Shown: piece after piece, positions 12,427 to 28,099 of the stretch
Layout of the letters: each line of letters starts with the position of its first letter
How positions within the stretch are numbered: the first letter of the stretch is position 1
NCBI RefSeq assembly: GCF_009914755.1
Contig: NC_060928.1
Length of the DNA: 64,000 nt
From: the human T2T-CHM13v2.0 reference genome, Homo sapiens
Direction: 5' to 3' (one strand)
Position numbers and translations under genes: made by a program
The notes under the pieces: generated by a model
Seen by the model: only the letters and a program-made list of their open reading frames with translations
Told to the model about the DNA's origin: nothing
The model's database searches: none

Positions 12427-13354
12427 TTTCCCTCCTGCACAGACTGATTTCGTCCATTCACTGCCCACCTGGCTGTCCTGGGGCCAAGGCACCTCCTCCT
12501 GCCCATGCATTCTGCCAGGGTCCCCGGCTGGAGGAAGGGCCACGGCAGAAGCTGCTAAGGATGTGGCTTAAGGCCAGGAGGCTCTTCCTCACAGGGAAAG
12601 CCGGATTAGGAGGAAGGGGCTGCCCAGGGAAGGGGAACCTCAGCCCCTGGAGCTCCAGCTCTGGAGAGGAAGTCACAGCAGCAGGTCACCAGGCTCCTAA
12701 GCACTCTAGAGCCATGTGCTTTCAGGGCCACTGTCCCATCATCACCCTCATCAAAAGATGAACTGGAGACCTCACTGTGGAGCCCTGGAAAACCACCTGC
12801 CATCCTGCGTGAGCTGACGGTTCCTCCAGGTGAAAACAGAGTGGTCTTTAAATCTTATAGGCGGTGCTAAGTCAGCAGATATGACCTGGGGCCCCTCTGC
12901 AGAGAGAGGACACTTTGTGGTCCTCCATTCAAGCCACCGGACACTGCTGAGCCATGTCGGGGCACTGAGGGGTGACCATAGCATGACTGACCTGAGCCTG
13001 CCCTAAAGGGATTGCAGAGCTGGGGAGACCTGTGGATACACAGGGAGGCCGGAGAGCCAGACCTCGCCAGGCAGTGTCGATACATTGACACAGGAGACCA
13101 GCCAATGCCTCCTCCAGAGGCGGCTGTGGTGTGCCTGCTGAACAGCTGCTGGGGTTTGACAAAGTGAGGGGAAGGGCATGGAGGCAGAGGGGCCGTGTGT
13201 GCAAGGGTTCAGGGATGGGACCGTGTGGGAGATGCAGGGGTGGGGGCAAATCACCCTTCCCAGATCCCTCAGCCCCCATGAGACCTGGGACACGTCACCT
13301 CACTGCTCAGAGTCTATTTCTTGGAGGTGAGAGTGAGCCAAGGCTAAGACCGTA

Positions 13355-13560
13355 CAGCCAGAGTTTCTGGGTTCAAATCCCGATGCCGCCACTGCCCAGC
13401 TGCGTGGCCACAGAACAGCAGGCAGCCTCTTTAGGGTTCACTTTCCTACTCTGTAAAATGGGGACACAAGAGTCTCTACTTTTAGGGCCATCATGAAGAA
13501 TGCCTGAGTGGTGTGGGCAGAGAGCCTAGCACGTGCCTGGCAGCCAGAGGAGTCTTTACA
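13355..13560 (+). mobile_element. MIR SINE
   Basis: CTGGGTTCAAATCC..TCTGTAAAATGGGG..CCTAGCACGTGCCTGGCA. Confidence 0.8.
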
Positions 13561-14303
13561 GAGCACTTACTCCTATTCCCATTCATATAGGGTTGCCGAG
13601 AGGATGACAGGAAGTGGCAATGCTGGAACATGAGAGTCAGGGGGCCTTCCCTGTGGTGTCCCCACAACAGCCAGCACAGCTCCCTGTCCCCCCACGCTAT
13701 AATTCCCTGTCCACCTGTCGGCCCCTCCCACAAGGCTGTGCACGCCCAGGAGCAGGCACTCTGACACGTCCAGTGTGAGCATCATTAAGAGCCCAATTGC
13801 TAGCCAAGCCTGGCTGTGCACCTCACCTGCTGTGTGTCCTGGGCACCTGCACAGTCTCTCTGATCCAAATCGCCTCACTGCAGAGTCAACACCTGAAGTT
13901 CAGGAACATGCCAGCCCCTCCTCATGAGTCATGTGAGGATCCAGGGACATCCAGTGCTGCTGGAAGTCTGGGGGTGTCCCCACCAGCACGAGCTCAGAAT
14001 CAGCCCGAGAGCACAGCTCAGAGGCTGTGTGTTCCCCTCAGCCTCCCCCATGACGTGTGAACCTGAGGCTTTTGGTTTATGACCACACTTGAAACCCACT
14101 GCCTTTTTGCACAGGCTGCCTGGGCAGTTGCAATTTCCCCTTCATCACGTGCAGGAACTCACAAAAATGCAGGTCCCTGCCATCCCCATCACCACAGGGC
14201 AGCCAGGACACTTCTGAATCCTCCCGGGTGCTAGAAGACAAGGAGAGTCTGTTCAGGAAAATTGGTGTGCATACAGAACAGGGCCCAGAATCGATGCTTG
14301 GCT

Positions 14304-14304
14304 G

Positions 14305-14335
<31 letters not shown>

Positions 14336-14424
14336 TGTTATGTGTGTATGTGTGGGGTGTGTGTGTGTGGTGTGTATGTGGTGTATGTGTGTGCATGCAC
14401 ACGTGCATGCATGTGCATGTGTGT
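14304..14424. repeat. Compound (TG)n microsatellite
   Basis: A pure TG run followed by interrupted TG/TA/GG units. Confidence 0.95.
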
Positions 14425-17400
14425 TGCGGGGAGAGGCACTCTATGGCTCCAGGTCCATCAGTACCGGGCCAGGGCAGGGGCGGGATGAGCCTGTTCCTGG
14501 GTACAGGCCTGCTTCCCTCACGGCTCTGATCCCCCATCTAATCCAAGGAGCAGGTGGGCTGCCTGGCATTGCTATGGCACCTGCAAGGCAGCGGCTAACA
14601 GCCTTCCTTCCCAGCAGGCTCCGCCCTGGGACCAACTCAGTCCCTCTGCCCAGCCTTGGGGTGTCAGGAAAAGGCTACTTGGATGAGACAGCAGCCACAG
14701 CCTGCCTCCATCCTCGTCCATACTCATCACCCTAGGCAGCTGGGCAGTGAGAGGGAGGCGGTCGGAGACGGCCTTGCAGTCCAGCTCCCTTCTACGATCA
14801 GCTGCTGAAAATCCCAGTGGTGGGGATTCTTCCATTGCTGCCTGTGTTTGTTCCACGAGCACTTCCTGCAGCCTACTGTGTGCTGGCTCCAGGGTGGGAC
14901 TAGGGATGGAGAGAAACTTGCCCTCCTGTGTTCCTGGCTTCAGGAAGAACAGACTGACCAGGAGAGACAGAGCCCCAGACTGGGTGCAGCCACTCGGTCG
15001 GTGCAGGGAAATGTGTAATCACTGGAGATATTTACACCTGCATGGCAATTGTGGTCCTTATATTTCAGACACAAGCATCACCTCCTGAAGCTACAATATG
15101 CCCACCTTATTCCTCACCCCCTGCAGTGTTCAGAAACACACTCAGTGTCAGTATCAGGGGACGGCAGAGTAGACTTGGGTGGAGCAGAGCTGGGACAGCA
15201 GCCTGGGAAACGCAGGCTGGATGGGGCCCTGGAGAAACCAGTTCAGCTGCCTCCATCCACTTCAGACACCAAGCCCTGAGCCACAGGGGCAGGTGAGGCT
15301 CTGCAGGCCCAACAGCTTGGGCCAGGCCAAACACTGGCTCAAGCAAGTCTTGCTCCCCAAGTTTTGCACACAGAGCTCAAGGAGGCAGCTGTCTCACTGG
15401 GGAGTCTTTGAGCACCAACATGGGGAGGAACCAATTCCAAAAGCTAAGTTAATTTTGAAAATATCTTCCATCGGCCTGAGACTGAGATGGAAGCGGCCAC
15501 ATACCACGGAGGGCACATCCAAGGGGGATGCTGGTGAACCCCAAGAAGAGAATATCTGACCTGGCAACGCCATGTGCCAATGTGTACCAAGGGGAGCAAG
15601 TGTGACACTCGAGGTCCTCCTGCTCACTGCTCCACACCCACTGGGCTGGGAGGCCAGGACGAGCTGGGGGCCCCACTGTATGCCCAGTGCCTAGAATAGT
15701 ATCTGGTACACAGTAGCTACTCTGTGTTTGTTGGATGAATAAAAGAACTGAGCTGGAGAATGAAGGACAGTTTAACGTTCAGCATCTCAATGCTCAAACG
15801 AGGACGTGGGAAATCCTGGCAGGACAGTGCCTTCCAACTAACTCAACAACCACCTCCTTGGTCCTGCCATTTGCAACCAGGCCAGAGGCTCCCACGTGGG
15901 GGCCCTTCCCAGGAAGCCACTGCTACTAACATCCTACTCTCAGCTCCCATTTCACACCCTTGGCTCCAGCAAGGCCAAAGGATGGGCAAGCCCCTCACTG
16001 GGTCTCTGGGCTTCACATAGGCTGGACCTGCCAGGAATGAGCCCTACCCCATCTTCCTGGCCAAGCCTTCTTCTTGCCCTCCTCAGTGGCTCCTTCCCCT
16101 GTGAGCCCTTTCCAGACACCTCATTTGTGGCCATGCTTGTCCCTAGGCCAGGACTCATCAGTATGCTCGGTGATGGATCTGTTTACACATCTAACAGACA
16201 CGGAGCCCCTGGAGGCAAGGAGAGGCCTTGGCTTTAGGAAGCTTTTAGCAGCCAGTGACTGAACCCCCAGTCTGAGAGGCTGAAATCAGAGTGGTGTTCT
16301 CTAACACACATGAGGTGTAGAGGTAGATGGCTGCGGGTATCAGGTCTGCACAGCCACCGGGCACAGGCAGGACTCTGGGAAAGAGGCTCCCCCTCCTGGA
16401 TGACTTAGCATCTCAGTTGATCCCCTAACAGCCCAAGGAGGTGGGCACTGTTATTCCTGTTTTGTCAATGAGGGAACGAGCTAGACAGCAGAACAGCTGG
16501 GGTGCCAGGATTTGAAAGAACAAGCTGTGCCCACACCTGTGCCTCTGAGGAGGGTCACTCAGCACTGTAGGAGGAGCATCCCTAAGAGCCTCATGTCACA
16601 ATCCATACCTTCCTCTTTATGCATGTCCTACAAGTTCATCCTATTGCTTTGCACAAAGTTTTAAGATCAAGACTGTTTGGTGGGTATCCAATAAGAAGGC
16701 CAGAAAGGTTTCAGGAGAGGAGGGTCTCATGCCCTCTATTTGCCTCCAGGTTCCCGTCAACATGGCTGTGTTTGGATCCTCTAACCCCGGCCTGGATGGA
16801 CAGTGGTTAGAGCAACTCCATAAGACCTGCTCACCGCAAGAAGCCAGGGCAGGGCAAGCCTTAAGTTTCCAAGGTCCAGCCAAGTCGATGAAAGCTGATT
16901 GCTGGTGACTGTGTCCTGGTCCACCAGCCTTTAGGCCTGGATATAGCACAGTCCGGGAGCTCAGGTGGTTCTTTTTAGAGGGACAGGAGACAGGGAAGAA
17001 ACCAATTGCACAGAGTCACCCGTGACTTAAGCATTAGGGGCCAGGGCCTCCTCCATTTTTCTGGTTCGGAAATCACATCGTATCAAGGCAGCAGAAGTTT
17101 CACAGCCCTGGAGGGTTGACTCGTTTGGGGCAAACTCAAGAGGGCCTGATGAATAAGCCAGACATCACTGACACTGCAAATGCCAACAGTGACATTGGGA
17201 TACCACCCACCAGGGGCTGGACCCCTTGCTGAGTGTCTCTGTCTCCAAAAACAGCTGTGCAAACTGGGCAGTATTTGGCTGCATTTGACAGAGACAGAAA
17301 CAGAACCCTGAGAGGAAAAGGCAAGCAGCTTGAAGTCACAACCAGGAAGTGGCAGAGCGGGTTTCGAACCCAGGTCTGCCTGACTCCTGGTCCTGCAAGG

Positions 17401-17449
17401 TCTTTCACTATAGGCGATCTAAACTTGTGCCACTAACTTTCCTCTATAC

Positions 17450-17672
17450 CAAGGGTCAGCAAATTCTTTCTGCAAAGGGCCAGATAGCCAATATTTTAGG
17501 CTTCGTGGGACATATGTCCTCTTTGGCAACTCTGCACCTCTGCCATTATAGCAGAAAGGCATCCACAGACAATGTGTAGATACATGGGCATGACTCTGTT
17601 CCAATCAAACTTTATTTACAAAGACAGGCACTGGGCCAAGTTTTGCCCATGGGCTGTAGCTACCACCCCCTG
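17450..17672. mobile_element. MER58A hAT-Charlie MITE, full length
   Basis: CAAGGGTCAGCAAA..AAAGGGCCAGATAG..AACTTTATTTACAAA..CCCCTG. Degenerate 8-bp TSD CTCTATAC/TGGTATAC. Confidence 0.88.
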
Positions 17673-19100
17673 TGGTATACCATGTGACAGAGAAGCAGCA
17701 GCTTTAATTCCTGACCGTGACGCTGCCATTTCTAACTTCAACACCGCACTTTTGATTTCATTTCTAGGCTTATTTTTCACATTTCCTTAAAAAGTAAATG
17801 TACGGTTCTAATCAGATAATCAATAATCAATTAACAGTGACTTTCAGGCCCTCGTACCTGGTAGGAAGACAGTAACAAAGACCAAAACTTTCACTGACTT
17901 GTGTTTTTTAAGACTTTGAAAAATAAAAACTATTAAACAAATGAAAAAATTGTAAGGAAACCCAAAACAGGTAGCCAGGTATCCCAGTGAATGTCAACAG
18001 TATGGGTTGGGGATGATCTCAGAGAGGCGGTGGTGACAAACAGCACGAGACCCCCTCAGTCTCGCCTGCTGCTGGGTTAAGCAGCATCTACCGTGCTGCT
18101 CCCTGACACTGCTTGTTGTCTGTAATAAGAAAGCTCCGACAGGGATGAAAAGCCAATTTTATAACCGTCTCAGAGTGTTTCACCAGCTCCTTGAAGCTTT
18201 ATTGTATGCTAACACCATGGCATCAATTCTTGGTCCAAAGGAGTTTGCTGGCAGGGGAGAAACAAATGCCCATCGTTGCCAGAAAGAACGGGTGTGAGAA
18301 TGCAGGCCAGTCCCCGAGAAGCCAGGTGTGGCATGGGGGCCAGCTGGATGCCCACAGCATCCGAGAGGGTCTGGGAAGGAGGTCTATTGAAAGATGACCT
18401 GCTTCTACTGAACACAAGGCCCAGAGAAGTCACACACCTTGCCCAACGTCACACAGCACATCAGCAGAGGTCTGACTCCCAACTGAATGCTCCAGTTTTC
18501 TAATCTTAGGACACCACCTGAAGCCTCACTAGTCCCCACCTCATAAGTGGGCCACGATCAAGGCCTTGAATTTCCATTTAAGAAGTGGGCACATGAATCC
18601 ATTTCCTCTTCCATGAGAATCAGCCCCATTTTCCCCAGCACCAAGATCACTGAAAGCAGCCAGGACTATGTCCTTGATGGGATGGTGCTCATACCTGCAC
18701 CTGCACTGTCCTGCCTGACCCCCATGAAACCCTAGGTATGAGCATCATGATTTTCCAGGAGGAAGCTGAGGCCCAGAGAGGCAAAGCAAGTTGCCTGAAG
18801 CCACACTGCCTGCACCAGACATCCAGCTCCAGAGTCCATGTCTTCTCTGATCCACCTGACTGCCTGGTATCAGCGAGAAGCCAAAGGGGACTGAGAGGTC
18901 CAAGAGGAGAGAAATGACTTCCCTACGTGACTCCCCCACTCCAGAGTGCTGGGGAGAAGTGGTTTACAAAGTCTCCGTGAAGAAAGCCTCAGACCCTCAG
19001 AGGAGAGTGCACGCCTCCTCGGTGCACGAGGGGAAACATGTTGAAATGTTCATTTAGCAGAATCAGGCCAACTTTGTAATCCTATCCACTCCTCCTTTCA

Positions 19101-19463
<363 letters not shown>

Positions 19464-19699
19464 TTATCAGTGGCTTCCATAGCCCTGGGACACTGCCATC
19501 TGCCTCTTCCGGCAGCCCACTTTTGGGGTTGGGGTTACTAGGGAGATTCTGGATGACAGAGATGGTTCTGCCTGCAAGCCCAAGGATCAGTATAACTGAG
19601 CAAGGGGACGAGCCGCCTGAGGAGGGGAAGGTGTGAAAGCCACCAGGGTGTGCAGGTCCGTGTTTCCCTGCACCTGGAGGGAGAGAGGTTCTGGAAGGC

Positions 19700-19838
19700 A
19701 GCCCCTGCCAGCTTCCATGGTATAAATACCCCTGCCCTGGCCAATTTCAAACTACCAACAAGATGTCTGCTGGCTCTCCAAACTGAAAATTAAGCAATCA
19801 ACCTCAAAAGCTAATATGAGGGGCTCCAGAACACCATG
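19700..19838. mobile_element. MER63-like hAT-Blackjack fragment
   Basis: GGTATAAATACCCC..TGGCCAATTTCAAACTACCAAC..GGCTCCAGAACACCA resembles the recalled MER63 end. Confidence 0.55.
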
Positions 19839-20276
19839 GAGGGGCCCTGCTCCCAGGACAAAATCAGGGGCAGGCCCCAGGTTTCCAGGACCCTCCTTGG
19901 AGAAAGCTGCTCAGGCTGAGACTACGGTCCCCAGAAGTCTGGAGAGCCCAGAGTTCAGGCTGGCAGTCACCCTGGTTACTTTGTGACCCATCCCCAGCCA
20001 CGTCTGTGTCCCCAAGGGGCTAAGTCCAAAGCCGTGGAGGGGACATGGTTTCGGTCCAGAGCCCCCCCTTCCCTGGCTCCTCTGTGCTTGAGCCCCTCCT
20101 ACTTGTATCTGGACCTCCCCTGGGTACACTTCCTTGATAAACCACTTATACTCTAGTCCACACCTCGGGGCCTGCCTCTGGGGAGCCTGGACAAGAGACC
20201 CTGGACCTCTAAGACCCCAACCCTGCCTCTGATACCCTTCCCAGTGGTATGGCCTCAGTGGGTGGAGGATGGGCCG

Positions 20277-20602
20277 TGGACTTAGTCATTTGGGGCTGCT
20301 CCCACAGAATACTACAGACTCGGGGGGCTTATAACAACAGCCATTTACATCTCACAGTTCTAGAGGCTGGGAAGTCCAAGATCGAGGTGTAGAAGCTTCA
20401 GTGTCTGGGGAGGGCCTCTTCATAGTTCATAGATGGCCATCTTCTCACTGTGGGGTCCCTTTATAAAGCCACTGATCCCATAAATGAGGGCTCCATCTTC
20501 ATGACCTGACCACCTCCCAAAGGCCCCACCTCTTAACACATCATCTTAAGGCTTAATTTCAATATACGAATTTGGGAGAAACCAGACCTTCAGACGACAG
20601 CA
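20277..20602 (-). mobile_element. MLT1A-type MaLR LTR, internally deleted
   Basis: CTCACAGTTCTAGAGGCTGGGAAGTCCAAGATC..CACCTCCCAAAGGCCCCACCTC. Confidence 0.82.
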
Positions 20603-21277
20603 GTAGGCTTTGATGAGCGCCTCTCTGGCTACTCAGTCCCTCCCCATCCTTATGGCTATGGTCTTTGCCCAGTAAGTGGCTTCTGCTTCCTACCTGTCCC
20701 CACCCTCCCTTGCCTCTCCTGAGCCATGTTCACCTGCTGCCCAAGTGACCTTTCTGAGAAACAAGTCGGAGGAGGCCACAGCTCTGCCTTCTGGGGCTCA
20801 CAGTGGACTGAAGGCCCCTCGACTGATTCAGCAGACATCTCTGAGCCCCAGGGATGAAAGAAGTGTTGTACCCACATCCTCAGTAGGTGTCCAAGGACCG
20901 TCGGGACCCAGCGCCTGCTGCCTCGTTTCCCCCTCTCCCCTCTACTCCAGCACCTTCAACAACCTGGAATTCCCTGAACACACACCAGCTTCACTGTCAT
21001 CTCCCAAATCCCAAAGGGTGGGCCCAGTATTTCAGGATAGAGGATTTGGACTGTACAGTAATATGGTGCACAGGTCACCTAGGACATCTGTCACCCCCAA
21101 GGGCTTCTGGGACAACACGCATACGCATTTCTATTTCTGTACATAACATATGAAACTTCACACTACAGGGATAGAGAAGGGCTATAAATGGTTTCACATC
21201 AATTTAGGTTGGGTTTCACTGCCAAATAAGTTAGGAAAAAATCTTTAGGCTTTCAGAGCCTCTTGGATTTTAGAATA

Positions 21278-21698
21278 CAGTTGACCCTCAAACATGAGCT
21301 GAGCTGTGAGGGTCACTTATACATGATTTTCTTTCGCCTCTGCTACCCCTGAGACTGCAAGACCAACCCGTCCTCTTCCTTCTCCTCAGCCTACTCAACA
21401 TGAAGACAACGAGGATAAAGATTATAGTGATCCCCTTCCACTTAATGAACAGAAAATATATTTCCTCTTCCTTATGATTTTCTTAATGATGTTTTCTTTC
21501 CTCTAGCTTACTTTATTAGAATACAGTATATAATACATATAACATACAAAATGTATGTTTATCAACTGTTCATGTTTTTGGAAGTCCAATCAAGAGGAGG
21601 CTATTAGTTAAGTTTTTGGGGAGTCAAAAGTTGTATGTGGGTTTTTGACTGTGCAGGGGGTTGGCTCCCCCAACCCCGTGTTGTTCGAGGGTCTGCTC
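21278..21698. mobile_element. Tigger2a (MER28) non-autonomous DNA transposon
   Basis: TA|CAGTTGACCCT terminal repeat, CCTACTCAACATGAAGAC, ending GTTGTTCGAGGGTC. Confidence 0.88.
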
Positions 21699-22399
21699 TG
21701 TTGCTGAATGGCTCTCTGTGCACAGCTGAAGGCTTCCCTGCTATTTACCTAGAAGGGGAACAGAGGGGCTGCTTGGACATATCTGGATATTGGCAAATGA
21801 CTTTGCAAATGGTTTGCTTTCATATCCATTTCCAGTGGTGGCATGAGTTTCCATTTCTCCAGCCCCGCCCTACACTTGGTATTGTAAGACATCAACAGTT
21901 TTGCAGATCTAAGTAGCGTCGCCTGAAACGGTGCCGCCAAGTTTTCCCATCATTCTGTAAGACCCAGCAGCATCACTTCCCCTGGGCAGCTTCCCTGAAG
22001 CCCCAGGCTAAGGCCCCCTCCCTGTGCCCTTTACTGCCTGGCTGTGGCTGTTCTGTGGCCAAGTCATCCCCCCCATTGGGCCAATAAGCATACGGGTTCC
22101 AAATCCAGACCCTGGGTTCAACTACACATGCAGTCACTATAATAGCTAATTTGACTGTATTTTTTTGTGCCAGGTTCTGTCCTCATTCTTTCCCTTGAAT
22201 TGACTCAGTTCATCCTCAACAACTTATGAAATAGGCACCATTGTTACATCCATCTGACAACTCTGAGACCCACAGAGGTGAAGTAACTTGTCCAAGGTCA
22301 CACAGCGAGTAGGCAGCCCAGTCAGGGTTCGAACTCGAACAGCTGACTCTAGAGCTTATGGTCACAACCTAAGCTGTGCAGCCTTTGGTTAAGAAATGA

Positions 22400-24200
<1,801 letters not shown>

Positions 24201-24370
24201 TAAGATCAGATGCCACAGGCTGGCACATAACACAGCCCCTTTTCTCCACTTTGCCTCTCTAGTAGACTGCTTTTTGAAAATATAGCTTGTCCATGTGAGA
24301 CCTTGTTCACCCCAGACTTCCCTGATTTCACTTTGTGCAAAACTAGATCTGGGAAGGCTCCCACACCAGT

Positions 24371-24734
24371 TGTTATGGTCTGAATGTGTGTCCCCCCGAA
24401 ATTCATATATAGAAATCTTAGCCCCCAATGTGATGGTCTTAGGAAGTAACGTCTTTCAGAACTGATTAGGTCTTAGAGGGTGGAGTGCTCATGAATGGGA
24501 TTAGTACCCTTATAAAAGAGATCTCAGAGAGCTCCCTAGCCCCTTCTGCCACGCAAGCACACAGCAAGAAGGCACCATCTATGAACAAGAAAACAGGTCC
24601 TCAGCAGACACCAAATCTGTTACACCTGGGTATCAGACTTCCCAGCCTCCAGAACTGTGAGAGATAAAAGTATGCTGCTTACAAGCCACCCAATCTATGG
24701 TATTCTGCTATAGCAGCATGAACAGACTAAGACA
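24371..24734 (+). mobile_element. MLT1A0 solo LTR, TG...CA, TSD CCAGT/CCAGC
   Basis: TGTTATGGTCTGAATGTGTGTCCCC...GACTAAGACA. Confidence 0.9.
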
Positions 24735-25129
24735 CCAGCCAATGCACTTGTTCTTATTGCTCCATGAGAGGAACTATAGGTCTTGCCATCTGAGCCCACC
24801 ACAGAAGGTGTAGAAAATTCTGCTTTGTTTGCTCTGTCTGAGCTTTACAGCCATGGGCATTTTATTTCCCTTTGGAGACATCCTGCACCCATTTTTGACC
24901 TTTACTGCACTTCCCCACATATGAGGTTCCAGAAGCTATGGTTCCATCAAAGATGGCATTTGCATTTCCATTTGTTCCATTTGTTGCTTCAGGATCATTT
25001 CCAAAAGGAGAAAAGAGAAACACTCTCTACTCTGTTACTAGAGTTCCCTGAGCCAGGCGTCAAACCCTGGTCATTCAGCTCCAAATTCAGAATGTTTCCT
25101 GCTGCTCCATATGAGTCGTTGACATGAAC

Positions 25130-25347
25130 CAAGGGTCAGCAACCTTTTTCCATAAAGGTCCAGAGAATAAATACAGGGCCACACTGTCTCAACTACCGTC
25201 ACAACTACTCAACCCTGCTGTTGTAGTGTGAAAGTAGCCACAGGCAATACCTAAACACATAGGTGTGACTGCATCTTCATTTAAACTTTATTCACAAAAA
25301 CAGGAGGTGGGTCAGATTAGCATGTGGGCCATAGTTTACCAACCCTT
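25130..25347. mobile_element. MER58A
   Basis: CAAGGGTCAGCAACC..ACAACTACTCAACCCTGC..GGGCCATAGTTTACCAACCC. Confidence 0.8.
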
Positions 25348-25399
25348 ATATAGACTATAAAGCTGAGGTCCAAATGCCCAAGTTGTCTTTGACTAACTT

Positions 25400-25712
25400 G
25401 GTTCACACATGGGCTTTGACCCAAATGATGTTTACACATTGCCAAGTGAACATTTCAATATTAAAAGATTCAACATGTAGACCTGAATTTCTGATTTCTC
25501 TCCAGAAATTGTAAGAGCTGTCCAATGCAGAATCCCACAAGGCTATGCTTGCCAGCACGCCACAGTCCCCACCACTCCCTGATGCATGGTTGGACTGTTA
25601 CTTTGCCACTCTCAGCGTCATGGTGCACTGTGTCTTGCTTATACATTTTGTACTTTGCTCACTGATATGACCTTCCTGGTTTCTTTAGGCATCCAAGTTT
25701 TAAAAACCACCG
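25400..25712. mobile_element. MER102-like hAT-Charlie fragment
   Basis: GCCACAGTCCCCACCACTCCCT and TAGGCATCCAAGTTT motifs. Confidence 0.55.
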
Positions 25713-28099
25713 AAGCAAAGGACAAGGATCTTGCTCCATTTCTTCAACAAAGCTTGGTAAAGGGCTAGGCTGAACACAAGAAATACAACTGTAATTGCTC
25801 AGAAGTAAACTGCATCTCTGGCCTCAGACATCCCTTCAACAACACAGGATCTGAGACAGAAGGCCTGGCAAGTCCTTTTGTAGTTGTCTGATTCAACTGT
25901 TTCATTTTAAAGATGGGGGAACTACAGCCAGAGCGGGGAGTGGCTTGTCCAGAATTAAGAGGAAGTTAGGGATAGAGCTCTTATCAAATGTCACCTAATC
26001 CAGGACTCTGTCACTTCTAAATCCTCTAGGCCCTGCTTCAAAACTGAGCTTAATCTAGGTAGAGTCATGTCCCTTACTATCTGTTTTCTACATTGACTAG
26101 AATGTACTTTTAAAGACTCACGAATATGCTCAGGGACTCAGTGCACAGGAAAGGTACAGCGGCCAACAGTATGCAGTTATTGTCTCTTAACTGCCTATAG
26201 AAATGACAAGTGTCACTCAAATTGTGAAAAGAAATCTTTGTCCCCACAATGACAACACTGTCTCCACTGTGTGTTCTTTCAGACCTAATCTCATTCAATC
26301 CTCAACACCCCTGTGTAGATGCATGGCCTCTGTTTTTACGTGCATCGGCTGCTGTCTCATCATAATGGAACCAACTACAGGCCTTAGAAGGGAGGGGATA
26401 GAAATATATTAGCTTGTTTTTATTCCTTCAGTCTTCTGGATCAATCCCAAACCCGTGGGGCTGCTGGCTTACTTTCAGTTTTACCAGGTTTTCTGGAGGG
26501 CAAAGAAGAGTGGTTTCATGGGTCTTTGCCAGAGTTCTCATAAAACCTTCTCCTTCATGTCCTTTTTCATATCAGGCAACTGGAATGATAGTCCTGAGTC
26601 ACAGCCCTATTACAGCAGTATCTGGTCTGCATTTAACAACCCCACTCACCATCGTACAGTTACTATGACCATTGCCTTTGCAAAGTAGGTCGTATGCAAT
26701 TTGTACATAGGGGAATGATGTCAGTATAATGTAAAAGTTAGGTTGGTTCAAACGCAGCCTTTCTCAGTGTGTTAATGTTTTGTGCCAGCCAGAGGAAGCA
26801 ACTGAATGCAAAATACACTAATGGCTGAACATCAAGCCTCAAAGGAATGTGGCCCAAGAGAATAGACTCATTCCCTGCGCACCTACCTCTTAGCTCAGTT
26901 TGGAAGAGTTTGGTGGACGGGTCTCCCTCTGTACCCAGGCCATGTCCCAGCCATAATTCAGCTCCCTCCCTTTCAGCCCCTTCCATTAAATGACCTTCAC
27001 TTTTTCCTTCAAGATAAGATTGTATAATGGTTGGAATGTTTCTTTAACAGGAATTAATATGTTTTTCTTTCATTGTGCCAGATTTTTCTAAAACTTAATA
27101 TTTTTATGGGTGTCTGGTGACACACTGCATAGACTTCCAGTCATCTGTCCCAACCCCATTCTGTCCATCAGCTCTGATGTCATTTGTTTGGGATTTTGCA
27201 GAATGAGAAGTTTCTCAGGATGTCTCTATTTCATTAGAGCAGAAACACCTGCGCTTGTCTTTGGTTACTTCTATTTTTGGCCTGATTTGCTGGTTTTCCA
27301 TTTATGGTAGAGGGCCAACATTTAAAGAAACCTATTAGGTGAATAATACATGAGTGGTATCCAGGTGTTCCCTGACACAGTGCGGGCACAGAGCAGGAGA
27401 CAGAGCATGATCAGATTGACCCAAGGACCTCAACACACACACGGCAGCTTCCATTTGGACAAAGGATCCTTTCTTATTGAATCTCTGAACAGTGCCAGAG
27501 ATGTGGAAGAAACCCAGTAAGTGTTACCTGATACTATTACCACACCTATTCCTAGAATAGGCAAGAATGAAATATATAGGATGTTTCCCCTCTAGAAACA
27601 GGTAGAAGAGATACACAGCAATGCTCACAAGCAATTGCAAAAGCAGTTCAAATACATTTGCTCTCCATTAACACTGCACATGCAATGGTTTGCCAGTATC
27701 AGCAGAAATGACTAATTACTCTAGTCTGAAGCCCAAAAAGATAAAGCATTAGATTTATCATAAATGCAAGGCTGCACACTCTTGTAGAAATGACTCCTTC
27801 TGCAGTTTGTGACGTGCACTGATTTATGACACTACATTCATACGGGGGTGCTTTTCCAGTTTCTAATGCTCTAAATGAGACACGGATTAAAAGGAAAACT
27901 AGAAATCTAACTTTAGCGTGATTCAAAATAGCTCATTTCCATCCCAGAAGAGGCAGAGATGAAAAGGCTCTTTCCTCTCATTTTCTTCTAAATTAGGGAG
28001 ACATGATCTGGGCTGATGGATGGCTCTGGTCAGTACCACTCACAGCCAGGCCCTGGGAGCAGCCCCTCCCGCTTCGTCTCCTAGAAAGTCTGCTCTTCT

